DNA of 21,890 nucleotides from a virus (Duplodnaviria; Heunggongvirae; Uroviricota; Caudoviricetes): IMG/VR virus record IMGVR_UViG_2529293041_000014; one strand, 5' to 3'. Shown piece by piece: positions 8,226 to 15,622 of this stretch (position 1 is its first letter; each line of letters starts with the position of its first letter). The notes under the pieces were generated by a model. It saw only the letters and a program-made list of their open reading frames with translations, ran no database searches and was not told where the DNA came from. The position numbers and the translations under genes were made by a program.

Positions 8226-8648
8226 GTGGCAAAAGTTTTTACACAAGAAGAGCGGGAAAAAATTAAAGGGCAGGTTGTTGAACTCGTACGCCAGAGTGGG
8301 CGCGAGACGTTACGACAACTGGAAACTAAAACTGGGGCAACAAGATATCTGATGAGCGTTCTGGCCAGAGAGCTGGTTGCCAGTGGCGATGTATACAACT
8401 CTGGTTACGGGTTATTCCCGTCTGAACAGGCGCGTAAGGACTGGCAAAATGCCCGTAAAAAGCTCTCAAGGGCAAAGCTGAAGAAACCATCTGCGGTTGA
8501 TCCGGACCTTATCTGGTCATTACCTGACGGAGAAATACGTCGCTACGACAGGCGTCAGAACATAATCTGTCGCGAGTGCCGGAAGAGCGAAGCTATGCAG
8601 CGCGTACTGGCGTTTTATCAGGGGAATTTTGAGGAGGTGGTGCGGTGA
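8226..8648 (+). CDS. Hypothetical prophage protein (140 aa)
   Basis: ORF with AGGAGG RBS 7 nt upstream of a GTG start; basic protein with a CRECRK motif; no confident family assignment. Confidence 0.5.
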   Translation: MAKVFTQEEREKIKGQVVELVRQSGRETLRQLETKTGATRYLMSVLARELVASGDVYNSGYGLFPSEQARKDWQNARKKLSRAKLKKPSAVDPDLIWSLPDGEIRRYDRRQNIICRECRKSEAMQRVLAFYQGNFEEVVR

Positions 8649-8891
8649 GTGAATCAAAATGCCAGGTTAATGGCAACAAGATAGAACCATGTGCAGCACT
8701 GGCAAAGTCCCTTGAGCGTGATGCTGAATACACGATGCGAAAAGGTCTGCTGATATACAAAATCTGAAATGAGAGTTTAACTCGCGGTCCTGATTTTGTG
8801 ATGTTGCGTTCCGGTGAATTTTCTAAATTACCAGTTCGGGTTTCATTTTGTCCGTTCTGTGGTGAAAGTCTGAAAACGTGGGAGAACAGAA

Positions 8892-9203
8892 ATGAATGAA
8901 ATTAAAGAAATACCAGTAGTACGTGATGAATATGGCTGCTGGACGCATCCTGAATATGAAAAATTCTGTGACGGTCGGGAATATATTTCAACGGAAGAGT
9001 TTAACGCCTGGATGGAGGAAAATAATCTTCAATACGTCCTCTGCTTCAGAGATGAAGGATGTGCTGACCTTGATGCGTGTGATGCTGATATTTCTGCATG
9101 GGAACCGGAACGACCAGAGGGCAATGGATGGTTTATTGGTTCAATACATGACACCGAAGATGGCCCGGTTTGTGTATGGCTGAGAAATAAGGTCGAAGCA
9201 TAA
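8892..9203 (+). CDS. Hypothetical prophage protein (103 aa, acidic, Cys-containing)
   Basis: ORF with upstream GGGAG RBS; nin-region-like small protein; no recognised motif. Confidence 0.5.
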   Translation: MNEIKEIPVVRDEYGCWTHPEYEKFCDGREYISTEEFNAWMEENNLQYVLCFRDEGCADLDACDADISAWEPERPEGNGWFIGSIHDTEDGPVCVWLRNKVEA

Positions 9204-9335
9204 AGGCTATAAACCGACTAACAACTAAATACTGAAGATTTAAATCAGAAACGATTTTTATTAAATCCTTAACCGGAGGGATTCCTGCACCCTCAAATCA
9301 TCAGGAGGCCGCCCGAAAGGGCGGTGGAGATAATA

Positions 9336-9857
9336 ATGGGAATAACTAAAGAACGATTGTTGGAAATAGCAAACCTTAGTGATTGGGCATTAAGTGATGA
9401 GAGAATTGTTTCTCCTCATGCTTATGAGTCAGTTACAAGTATAGAAATAACAACAATGGCTAGAATGCTGCTTGGTTATTTCAAAATAGAAAATAAAAAA
9501 CAGATGGATAGTAATGTTGATATATGTGAGATTTTAGACGATTGGGGGGCTTGGGTTGTGGCTGGTAATAGTTCTATTGATTGGCAGGAAATAGCTGATA
9601 AATATAAAAATGTTGTTCCTCATGGTAAAAAATCACGTCGTCAGTGCAGCAATGATGAAGGGCGAATTATTGACATTAGTATCCTTAGGTTAGAAAGATA
9701 TAAGCAACAAGAATATGAGTTAATTGTTGCTCATTTCGTGATTGGTTTATCTCTTCGTGCTATTGCAAAGCAACAAGGATGTTCAGATGGAACAATTCGT
9801 AAAAGATTGCAAAAAGCCTTAGGTTTTTTGACTGGATATATAGCAATTACCAGTTAA
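9336..9857 (+). CDS. HTH DNA-binding protein with C-terminal sigma-70 region 4-like helix-turn-helix; candidate regulator of the adjacent AT-rich operon
   Basis: ATG at 9336 with GGAG RBS (ORF track starts at GTG 9324); C-terminal LSLRAIAKQQGCSDGTIRKRLQKALGFL resembles sigma-70 region 4/ECF-type HTH; AT-rich codon usage unlike the flanking phage genes; stop overlaps the stop of the convergent nuclease gene. Confidence 0.5.
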   Translation: MGITKERLLEIANLSDWALSDERIVSPHAYESVTSIEITTMARMLLGYFKIENKKQMDSNVDICEILDDWGAWVVAGNSSIDWQEIADKYKNVVPHGKKSRRQCSNDEGRIIDISILRLERYKQQEYELIVAHFVIGLSLRAIAKQQGCSDGTIRKRLQKALGFLTGYIAITS

Positions 9858-10495
9858 GAGTCAGCGGTTTTTTTACCAGTGTAATGGTATAAGGATACTC
9901 CCATGTGTCTTACATGATATGGAAGCGCTGTTGCTGGATGCTTTGTGATACTCTTAAAGCGGAGGGGAGAGCCTTCCGCTTCAATTTCTGCGTCCGAAAC
10001 GGTCGTAGAGAAAAATTCTTTCCATTCATTGAATTTTACTGCTGATTTGTCAGACTTTATATAAATTAGAATTCCTCCATGATCGTCACGTGACGTACCC
10101 GTGCCGTAACGTTCGGTTAGCTGAATCCAGCCATTATGAATAGATTTGGGGCCTCTCCATAATTTTGCTTCACCGATCCATTCGAATTTTCCGAATTGAT
10201 GTTTAACTAATAAATCAACGTGACCGCCATGTTGAGTATCATGTTCAACATCATAAAACCTACCTTTCAGGAAATTTTTGATCGACGCTGTTAGCTCGTC
10301 CTCTCCCCACTTAGCATCTTGATAGAAGTGTTTGTCATTTTCTAAATTCTGAATAGCGTCGTCTAAATCTTCATAGAGTTGCTTTACAAAAATATTTTTG
10401 TCTGCAGCTAATTTTCTTTGAACCATTCCCCTAAATTCAGGATCCATTCTAATTAATGATTGAAGGTCTGCAGTACAGATGTTTACATCACTCAT
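9854..10495 (-). CDS. Predicted PD-(D/E)xK-family nuclease (213 aa), third gene of an AT-rich three-gene operon
   Basis: Motif GGHVDLLV...FEWIGEAK (D94, E109, K111 from Met 10495) fits the hhhD-x(n)-hxhExK nuclease signature; 8-nt overlap with the upstream gene; ORF track offers a longer start at 10558. Confidence 0.5.
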   Translation of the reverse strand: MSDVNICTADLQSLIRMDPEFRGMVQRKLAADKNIFVKQLYEDLDDAIQNLENDKHFYQDAKWGEDELTASIKNFLKGRFYDVEHDTQHGGHVDLLVKHQFGKFEWIGEAKLWRGPKSIHNGWIQLTERYGTGTSRDDHGGILIYIKSDKSAVKFNEWKEFFSTTVSDAEIEAEGSPLRFKSITKHPATALPYHVRHMGVSLYHYTGKKTADS

Positions 10496-10916
10496 GCAGA
10501 CTCTCCAAAAGACTCGAAGGAGTAAAGTATGGATAAAGATACTGGCTAAAATTATCAACCAATTCGCCAGTTTCTGGATGGTAAAAACTTCCTGTGTCTA
10601 AAGCATAGGAAATAAGATCATCTTCAACTGGTATTGGTTCTTCCGTTAAATTATCAATGTATTGAAAATGCATATCCAATAGATGTGCTTTATAGCTAGA
10701 TAAATAATCAGTTGCTTTTATTAGCAGGATATAGTCATCTTTCGTATCAGTTAGATAGGTTAAACCATTGATAAGGGTTTTGTATGTAAAGTGATTGATA
10801 TTTTTAGCATCTTTACTAACCAGAAAAAGAAAAAGATCACGACACACACTGCGAACAGGATCATTAAAATCCTGCTCTATTTGCGTGATAATGTCGTGAT
10901 ATATACTCTTTTTCAT
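10488..10916 (-). CDS. Hypothetical acidic protein (142 aa), middle gene of the AT-rich operon
   Basis: ORF translationally coupled on both sides (ATGA overlap with the upstream gene at 10913-10916; 8-nt overlap downstream); no recognised motif. Confidence 0.5.
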   Translation of the reverse strand: MKKSIYHDIITQIEQDFNDPVRSVCRDLFLFLVSKDAKNINHFTYKTLINGLTYLTDTKDDYILLIKATDYLSSYKAHLLDMHFQYIDNLTEEPIPVEDDLISYALDTGSFYHPETGELVDNFSQYLYPYFTPSSLLESLHE

Positions 10917-12010
10917 TTATGGCCTGATGATCTCGCTCTTCTTTTCTCTTCACAGGACTTAACAGAATCCAATATTTTTTCAACAATAAATATAATCGAA
11001 TCAATGTTGTTACAGTTCTTCGCAATTGCTTCATGCAACCTAATTCTAGGATTATCAAGCATTGTCCTTTTTCCTGGTAATATTAACTCTACTGATAAAA
11101 TATGTGAAGAACTTTGTGGTAAATCCCAAATTTTTCCCAACTTAAACTTTGTCAATATTGGGCTTGCGGACTCTCCACTATGATGGTAAACATCTTGACG
11201 CAAACACTTTTGACTTGGTTTGAGTTTTAAAGAACTTGTATTGCCATCTGAGGTGATAAAAGATACATGAGAAATTCTGCCATCTACTTTTTCGTAAAGA
11301 TCTTGTATTGAACCAAATAATTCAAGAGGATTGTTTAAAATAACGCCAGCTTCTTTTTTTATAAATTTAGCCACAAGGTATTGTTGAGGCTGTGATTCAC
11401 TTCTTGGAAGGATAGATAAATCAATCGTAAGAATTAATATTTTTTCTGCAGGCATTAGCATGATGGTATTAAAGCATTGCGTGACTTGGCGTGTTTTGCA
11501 TTTTATTTCTCCACCATTAGCACGTAATTCCATACCCGCATCGCTAAGATGTGTTGGGTCAAGCTCTATCACTTCAGTGTAATACGCTTTGGATAAAAAA
11601 ACAGCAGTGTCAATTTGTTTATCACGAATGATATCTTGACGTAGTTCAGCAAAATGCAGCTCAGTATCAGCAACTAACAGCTCCTCTCTGGATAAAGGAA
11701 TTGGGTATTTTTCTGAGAAGGGGCTATTGTCCTTTTTCTGATTTGTGAAAATTGTTTGTAATTTTGCTACGTCTTCATCGGTGATTCTATAAATAGAAAG
11801 TAATCGATTCCCGCTAAAAATTAAACCTTTCCAGAAATCGTCGATTCTGTCTTTTAGGTCGGGATTATGCTGAACTACACTATTTACACGTTCAATAAAA
11901 AGGGGTAATCCTTGGGCCGTTACACCCAGTGATGAACCAAGAAGCTTACGGGTGTTGCGCCAGCCAAAGCGTGAATTGATGTTTTTTACTGTTTGCTCAA
12001 GCATTAACAC
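10913..12010 (-). CDS. Hypothetical protein (365 aa), first gene of the AT-rich operon
   Basis: Long ORF in low-GC DNA with an AT-rich upstream region (12011-12290) that could hold its promoter; no Walker A or other motif recognised by eye. Confidence 0.55.
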   Translation of the reverse strand: MLMLEQTVKNINSRFGWRNTRKLLGSSLGVTAQGLPLFIERVNSVVQHNPDLKDRIDDFWKGLIFSGNRLLSIYRITDEDVAKLQTIFTNQKKDNSPFSEKYPIPLSREELLVADTELHFAELRQDIIRDKQIDTAVFLSKAYYTEVIELDPTHLSDAGMELRANGGEIKCKTRQVTQCFNTIMLMPAEKILILTIDLSILPRSESQPQQYLVAKFIKKEAGVILNNPLELFGSIQDLYEKVDGRISHVSFITSDGNTSSLKLKPSQKCLRQDVYHHSGESASPILTKFKLGKIWDLPQSSSHILSVELILPGKRTMLDNPRIRLHEAIAKNCNNIDSIIFIVEKILDSVKSCEEKRRARSSGHK

Positions 12011-12350
12011 TTCCTTAATTTTCCCTTAACAATTTAGGGTGCTAAACTTTTTTGCGCAGTTTACATAAAAAAATAGTGCGTACGCAAAAACTATCTAACA
12101 TGATGAGCTTTAACCGGGAAATTTGTATATGTTGTGAGCATAAAGTTGGCTGAGAAATCTAAAACGGGTAGAATGACTGCGGGTGCTTGAGGCTATCTGT
12201 CTCAGGCATGAACACCAAAAGGCAGATAGAGAAAAGCCCCAGTTAACATTACGCGTCCGGCAAGACGCTTAACATTAATCTGAGGCCATATCTATGCTCT
12301 ACACACGTAGGTTAGCCTCTTACGTGCCGAAAGGCAAGGAGAAGCAGGCT

Positions 12351-12506
12351 ATGAAGCAGCAAAAGGCGATGTTAATCGCCCTGATCGTCATCTGTTTAAC
12401 CGTCATAATGACGGCACTGGTAACGAGGAAAGACCTCTGCGAGGTACGAATCCGAACCGGCCAGACGGAGGTCGCTGTCTTCACAGCTTACGAACCTGAG
12501 GAGTAA
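12351..12506 (+). CDS. hok: Hok/Gef-family type I toxin (HokD/RelF-like)
   Basis: 51-aa translation MKQQKAMLIALIVICLTVIMTALVTRKDLCEVRIRTGQTEVAVFTAYEPEE is near-identical to HokD/RelF as I recall; GGAG RBS; in-frame upstream extension from 12294 (mok-like); terminator downstream. Confidence 0.85.
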   Translation: MKQQKAMLIALIVICLTVIMTALVTRKDLCEVRIRTGQTEVAVFTAYEPEE

Positions 12507-12575
12507 GAGACCAGGCGGGGGAGAATCCCTCGCCACCTCTGATGTGTCAGGCATCCTCAACGCACCCGCACTTAA

Positions 12576-12599
12576 CCCGCTTCGGCGGGTTTTGTTTTT
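12576..12599 (+). terminator. Rho-independent terminator downstream of hok
   Basis: Hairpin cccgc-ttcg-gcggg followed by ttttgttttt. Confidence 0.6.
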
Positions 12600-12671
12600 C
12601 CTGGCATTCTGGTTTACAATTCGCACGCCAGCCTGAACAACTGGCACCTGCTGCGCCAGCAGAGACAACCG

Positions 12672-12950
12672 ATGGCGCACGATACCAAATTACACAATTC
12701 TGATGATTCTGCCGTCTTTGCCAGCAGGCACGGGCGGCGTTCCCGCACTTTCAAATCTGACTGGTTCCAGCATCCCCCATGCACTGAAGAACAGGCCGAG
12801 TGGCTAATTCAGTGCTACCGCAGACACGGATACGAGATTAAGAAAGCCCTCAGCCTCGATTATCGTCACTGGATAATCTCCGTCAGGCTTCCTTACTCCG
12901 AACGACCACCGCGTCCGTCCCGCACATTCCAGCAACGCATCTGGAGGTAA
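12672..12950 (+). CDS. Hypothetical small prophage protein (92 aa), in the position occupied by rem in Qin
   Basis: ORF immediately upstream of the ydfU-like gene (stop 12948-12950, next start 12952); Arg-rich, Cys-containing; assignment by position only. Confidence 0.45.
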   Translation: MAHDTKLHNSDDSAVFASRHGRRSRTFKSDWFQHPPCTEEQAEWLIQCYRRHGYEIKKALSLDYRHWIISVRLPYSERPPRPSRTFQQRIWR

Positions 12951-12951
12951 C

Positions 12952-14001
12952 GTGCGGGTATTACTTCGACCTGTTCTGGTACCGGAACTCGGGCTGGTGA
13001 TCGTTAAGCCGGGCCGTGAATCCATGCCGGTATTCCACAATACCCGGGTACTGGTGGAGCCGGAACCGAAAAGCATGCGTAATCTGCCGTCCGGGGTCGT
13101 TCCTGCCGTTCGCCAGCCGCTGGCGGAGGATAAATCATTACTGCCATTTTTCAGCGACGAACGAGTGATTCGTGCTGCTGGTGGCGCTGGCGCATTGTCT
13201 GACTGGTTACTGCGCCATGTTAAATCCTGCCAGTGGCCACACGGTGATTATCACCACAGTGAAACCGTCATTCACCGTTATGGTACCGGCGCAATGGTGT
13301 TGTGCTGGCACTGCGACAACCAGCTGCGCGACCAGACCTCCGAATCACTCGGGCAACTTGCTCACCAAAACCTGTCAGCATGGATGATTGACGTCATACG
13401 CCATGCAATGAATGGCTCGCAGGAACGGGAATTATCGCTGGCTGAATTATCCTGGTGGGCGGTCCGCAATCAGGTGGCGGACGCGCTACCGGAAGCGGTA
13501 TTACGTCGTTCGCTGGGGTTGCGTGCGGAAAAAATCCGCTCAATGTACCGTGAAAGCGACATCGTACCGGGAGAGCAGACCGCCACCAGCATACTGAAAC
13601 AGCGCACAAAAAATCTTGCGCCGCTGCCTCACGCCCACCAGCAACAGAACCCACCACAGGAAAAGACGGTGGTCAGCATTGCCGTTGATCCTGAGTCTCC
13701 GGAATCTTTCATGAAACGACCTAAACGTCGCCGCTGGGTTAACGAGAAATACACACGCTGGGTGAAGACACAGCCGTGTGCGTGTTGTGGTAAGCCAGCC
13801 GACGATCCCCATCACCTGATTGGTCATGGTCAGGGCGGAATGGGGACAAAATCTCACGATATTTTCACGCTACCGCTGTGTCGGGAGCATCACAACGAGC
13901 TTCATGCGGATCCGCTGACGTTCGAAGAAAAGCATGGTTCTCAGGTTGATTTAATTTTTCGTTTTCTTGATCACGCCTTTGCAACTGGCGTGCTTGGGTA
14001 A
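12952..14001 (+). CDS. ydfU: DUF968-family prophage protein (YdfU-like)
   Basis: 349-aa ORF, same length as K-12 YdfU; GTG start with GGAGG RBS; C-terminal Cys/His-rich region (CACCGKPADDPHHLIGHG...CREHHNELH); followed by rusA and a Q-like gene as in Qin. Confidence 0.65.
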   Translation: MRVLLRPVLVPELGLVIVKPGRESMPVFHNTRVLVEPEPKSMRNLPSGVVPAVRQPLAEDKSLLPFFSDERVIRAAGGAGALSDWLLRHVKSCQWPHGDYHHSETVIHRYGTGAMVLCWHCDNQLRDQTSESLGQLAHQNLSAWMIDVIRHAMNGSQERELSLAELSWWAVRNQVADALPEAVLRRSLGLRAEKIRSMYRESDIVPGEQTATSILKQRTKNLAPLPHAHQQQNPPQEKTVVSIAVDPESPESFMKRPKRRRWVNEKYTRWVKTQPCACCGKPADDPHHLIGHGQGGMGTKSHDIFTLPLCREHHNELHADPLTFEEKHGSQVDLIFRFLDHAFATGVLG

Positions 14002-14013
14002 AAGAGGTGACTG

Positions 14014-14373
14014 ATGCTCATAGATTTGGTTTTACCTTACCCGCCGACGGTGAACACTTACTGGCGACGCCGTGGCAGCACATATTTTGTATCAAAAGTC
14101 GGTGAGCGTTATCGCCGTGATGTGGCGCTTATTGTTCGCCAGCAGCAACTGAAATTAAACCTGTCCGGAAGGCCGGCAATAGAAATTATTGCAGAGCCAC
14201 CGGATAAGCGCCGTCGTGACCTGGACAATATCCTGAAGGCACCACTGGATGTACTGACGCATGCGGGGCTGCTCATAGACGACGAGCAGTTTGATGAAAT
14301 TAATATTGTGCGCGGTCAGCTTGTTCCTGGTGGGCGGTTGGGGATAAAAATCACAGAACTGGAGTATGCATGA
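14014..14373 (+). CDS. rusA: Holliday junction resolvase RusA
   Basis: 119-aa ORF with RusA-family hallmarks (N-terminal PPTVNTYWRRRG, central DKRRRDLDNILKAPLDVLTHAGLLIDDEQ); ATGA overlap with the downstream Q-like gene. Confidence 0.8.
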   Translation: MLIDLVLPYPPTVNTYWRRRGSTYFVSKVGERYRRDVALIVRQQQLKLNLSGRPAIEIIAEPPDKRRRDLDNILKAPLDVLTHAGLLIDDEQFDEINIVRGQLVPGGRLGIKITELEYA

Positions 14374-15059
14374 ATAACCAGTATTTACAGTTTGTTCGTG
14401 AGCAACTCATGATTGCCACCGCCGATTTGAGTGGATCAACAAAAGGGCAGCTTGAGGCCTGGCAGGAGAATGCCATGTTTGATACAGGGCGTTACAGGCG
14501 TAAAAAAATCCGGTACCGCGATGAAGTGACTGGAAAAATGATAACGCGGGATAATCCACCAATCCCGGGAAAGCAATCGCTGGCGAAGGGGGCGTCAATT
14601 CCTCTCGTCAGTCCGGTTGAGTTTTTGACATCATCGTGGCGGCGGGCTGTTCTGTCTCTTGAAGAACATCATAAAGCCTGGTTGTTGTGGTGTTACAGCG
14701 GGAGTATTTGTTGGGAATATCAGATCGCGATAACACAGTGGGCGTGGAATGAATTTAATACTCAATCCGGTACCAGAAAAATTGCTGGGAAAACGCAGGA
14801 ACGCCAGAAAAAATTAATCTGGCTGGCGGCGCAGGCAGTAAAAGCAGAACTTTTTGGTGGGGAAGGTTATGAATATCAGGAGCTGGCATTACTGGCGGGA
14901 GTGACAACTAAAAACTGGTCCAAAACATTTACTCGTCACTGGGTTGCAATGAAACACATTTTTCACCGACTGGATAGTGAGGCTTTATTATTTGTAATGA
15001 GAACACGTTCAAAACAAAAGGCGGCATTTTCAAAGCAAAGTGTTGCAAAAGTAGATTGA
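14370..15059 (+). CDS. Late-gene antiterminator Q-like protein
   Basis: 229-aa ORF directly after rusA and directly before a strong terminator and a tRNA cluster, the canonical Q / pR'-tR' position in lambdoid and Stx-type phages; assignment mainly by synteny. Confidence 0.6.
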   Translation: MNNQYLQFVREQLMIATADLSGSTKGQLEAWQENAMFDTGRYRRKKIRYRDEVTGKMITRDNPPIPGKQSLAKGASIPLVSPVEFLTSSWRRAVLSLEEHHKAWLLWCYSGSICWEYQIAITQWAWNEFNTQSGTRKIAGKTQERQKKLIWLAAQAVKAELFGGEGYEYQELALLAGVTTKNWSKTFTRHWVAMKHIFHRLDSEALLFVMRTRSKQKAAFSKQSVAKVD

Positions 15060-15125
15060 AAGGCATATATTTCATGCAAATCTGATATTTTGCCGATTTT
15101 GTACGTGATGGCAAAATCAAACAAA

Positions 15126-15148
15126 ACCCGCCCACAAGCGGGTTTTTT
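15126..15148 (+). terminator. Rho-independent terminator downstream of the Q-like gene (candidate tR' analogue)
   Basis: Hairpin cccgc-ccacaa-gcggg followed by seven T residues. Confidence 0.6.
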
Positions 15149-15254
15149 TGTGCCACTTATCTCGGATAGACATGGTGAATGCGCTGGTGGAGGAGATAAG
15201 GGTGATTTTTGTATGCTTGCAACATTGATTTCGTAACGTTATTATCCTGCGCCC

Positions 15255-15330
15255 GGCCCTTTAGCTCAGTGGTGAGAGCGAGCGACTCATAATCGCCAGG
15301 TCGCTGGTTCAAATCCAGCAAGGGCCACCA
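15255..15330 (+). tRNA. ileZ: tRNA-Ile(CAU) (ileX/ileZ-type, lysidine-dependent), CCA encoded
   Basis: Manual cloverleaf: acceptor ggccctt/aagggcc, D arm gctc-agtggtga-gagc, anticodon loop ctCATaa, T arm gctgg-ttcaaat-ccagc; close to E. coli ileX as I recall it. Confidence 0.85.
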
Positions 15331-15331
15331 A

Positions 15332-15407
15332 CCGCCACTAGCCATCAGGAAAGAGCGTCAACCCTTTAAGTTGAGTGTGCGAGGTTCGAGTCCCCGGTGG
15401 TGGTCCA
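15332..15407 (+). tRNA. tRNA-like gene of ambiguous identity, possibly degenerate (argN position of the phage ileZ-argN-argO cluster)
   Basis: 76 nt ending in CCA; acceptor ccgccac/gtggtgg with one G-U; perfect anticodon stem tcaac/gttga with loop cctttaa (UUU by position, but C at position 33); D stem and T stem each carry mismatches. Confidence 0.5.
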
Positions 15408-15420
15408 TTATCGGTATTCT

Positions 15421-15494
15421 GCGTTGTTAGCTCAGCAGGACAGAGCAATTGCCTTCTAAGCAATCGGTCACTGGTTCGACTCCAGTACAACGCG
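15421..15494 (+). tRNA. argO: tRNA-Arg(UCU), no encoded CCA
   Basis: Manual cloverleaf: perfect acceptor gcgttgt/acaacgc, D arm gctc-agcaggaca-gagc, anticodon stem attgc/gcaat with loop ctTCTaa, T arm actgg-ttcgact-ccagt. Confidence 0.85.
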
Positions 15495-15507
15495 CTACAC
15501 TTATTTT

Positions 15508-15537
15508 CCCGGCTCGCTTTTGCGGGCCTTTTTTTTA
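15508..15537 (+). terminator. Probable rho-independent terminator after the tRNA cluster
   Basis: GC-rich imperfect hairpin (cccggctcgc-tttt-gcgggcc) followed by eight T residues. Confidence 0.5.
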
Positions 15538-15622
15538 AATGTCTCACAATTCAGACGGTTGACAGTTGTCTGTTTTGCGGGGAGTTTGTTAAGTAAGCGA
15601 CTCGTCAGAACCGTATTGATAT

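Noticed and set aside
10791-11183. 130-aa plus-strand and 64-aa minus-strand ORFs inside the 365-aa gene
   Set aside because: Embedded in or antisense to the longer operon gene; long chance ORFs are common in AT-rich DNA.
12396-13076. Minus-strand ORFs of 94 and 90 aa across hok, the 92-aa ORF and the start of ydfU
   Set aside because: Antisense to better-supported plus-strand genes; no RBS; Arg/Ser-rich.
13172-13857. Four ORFs inside the ydfU-like gene (13172-13387 +, 13394-13657 -, 13412-13597 +, 13540-13857 -)
   Set aside because: Alternative frames of a GC-rich coding region; no independent support.
14929-15596. ORFs of 62-75 aa overlapping the terminator and the tRNA cluster (14929-15156 -, 15157-15345 -, 15338-15547 -, 15375-15596 +)
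   Set aside because: They overlap structured RNA genes and terminators; the tRNA cloverleaves explain this sequence.
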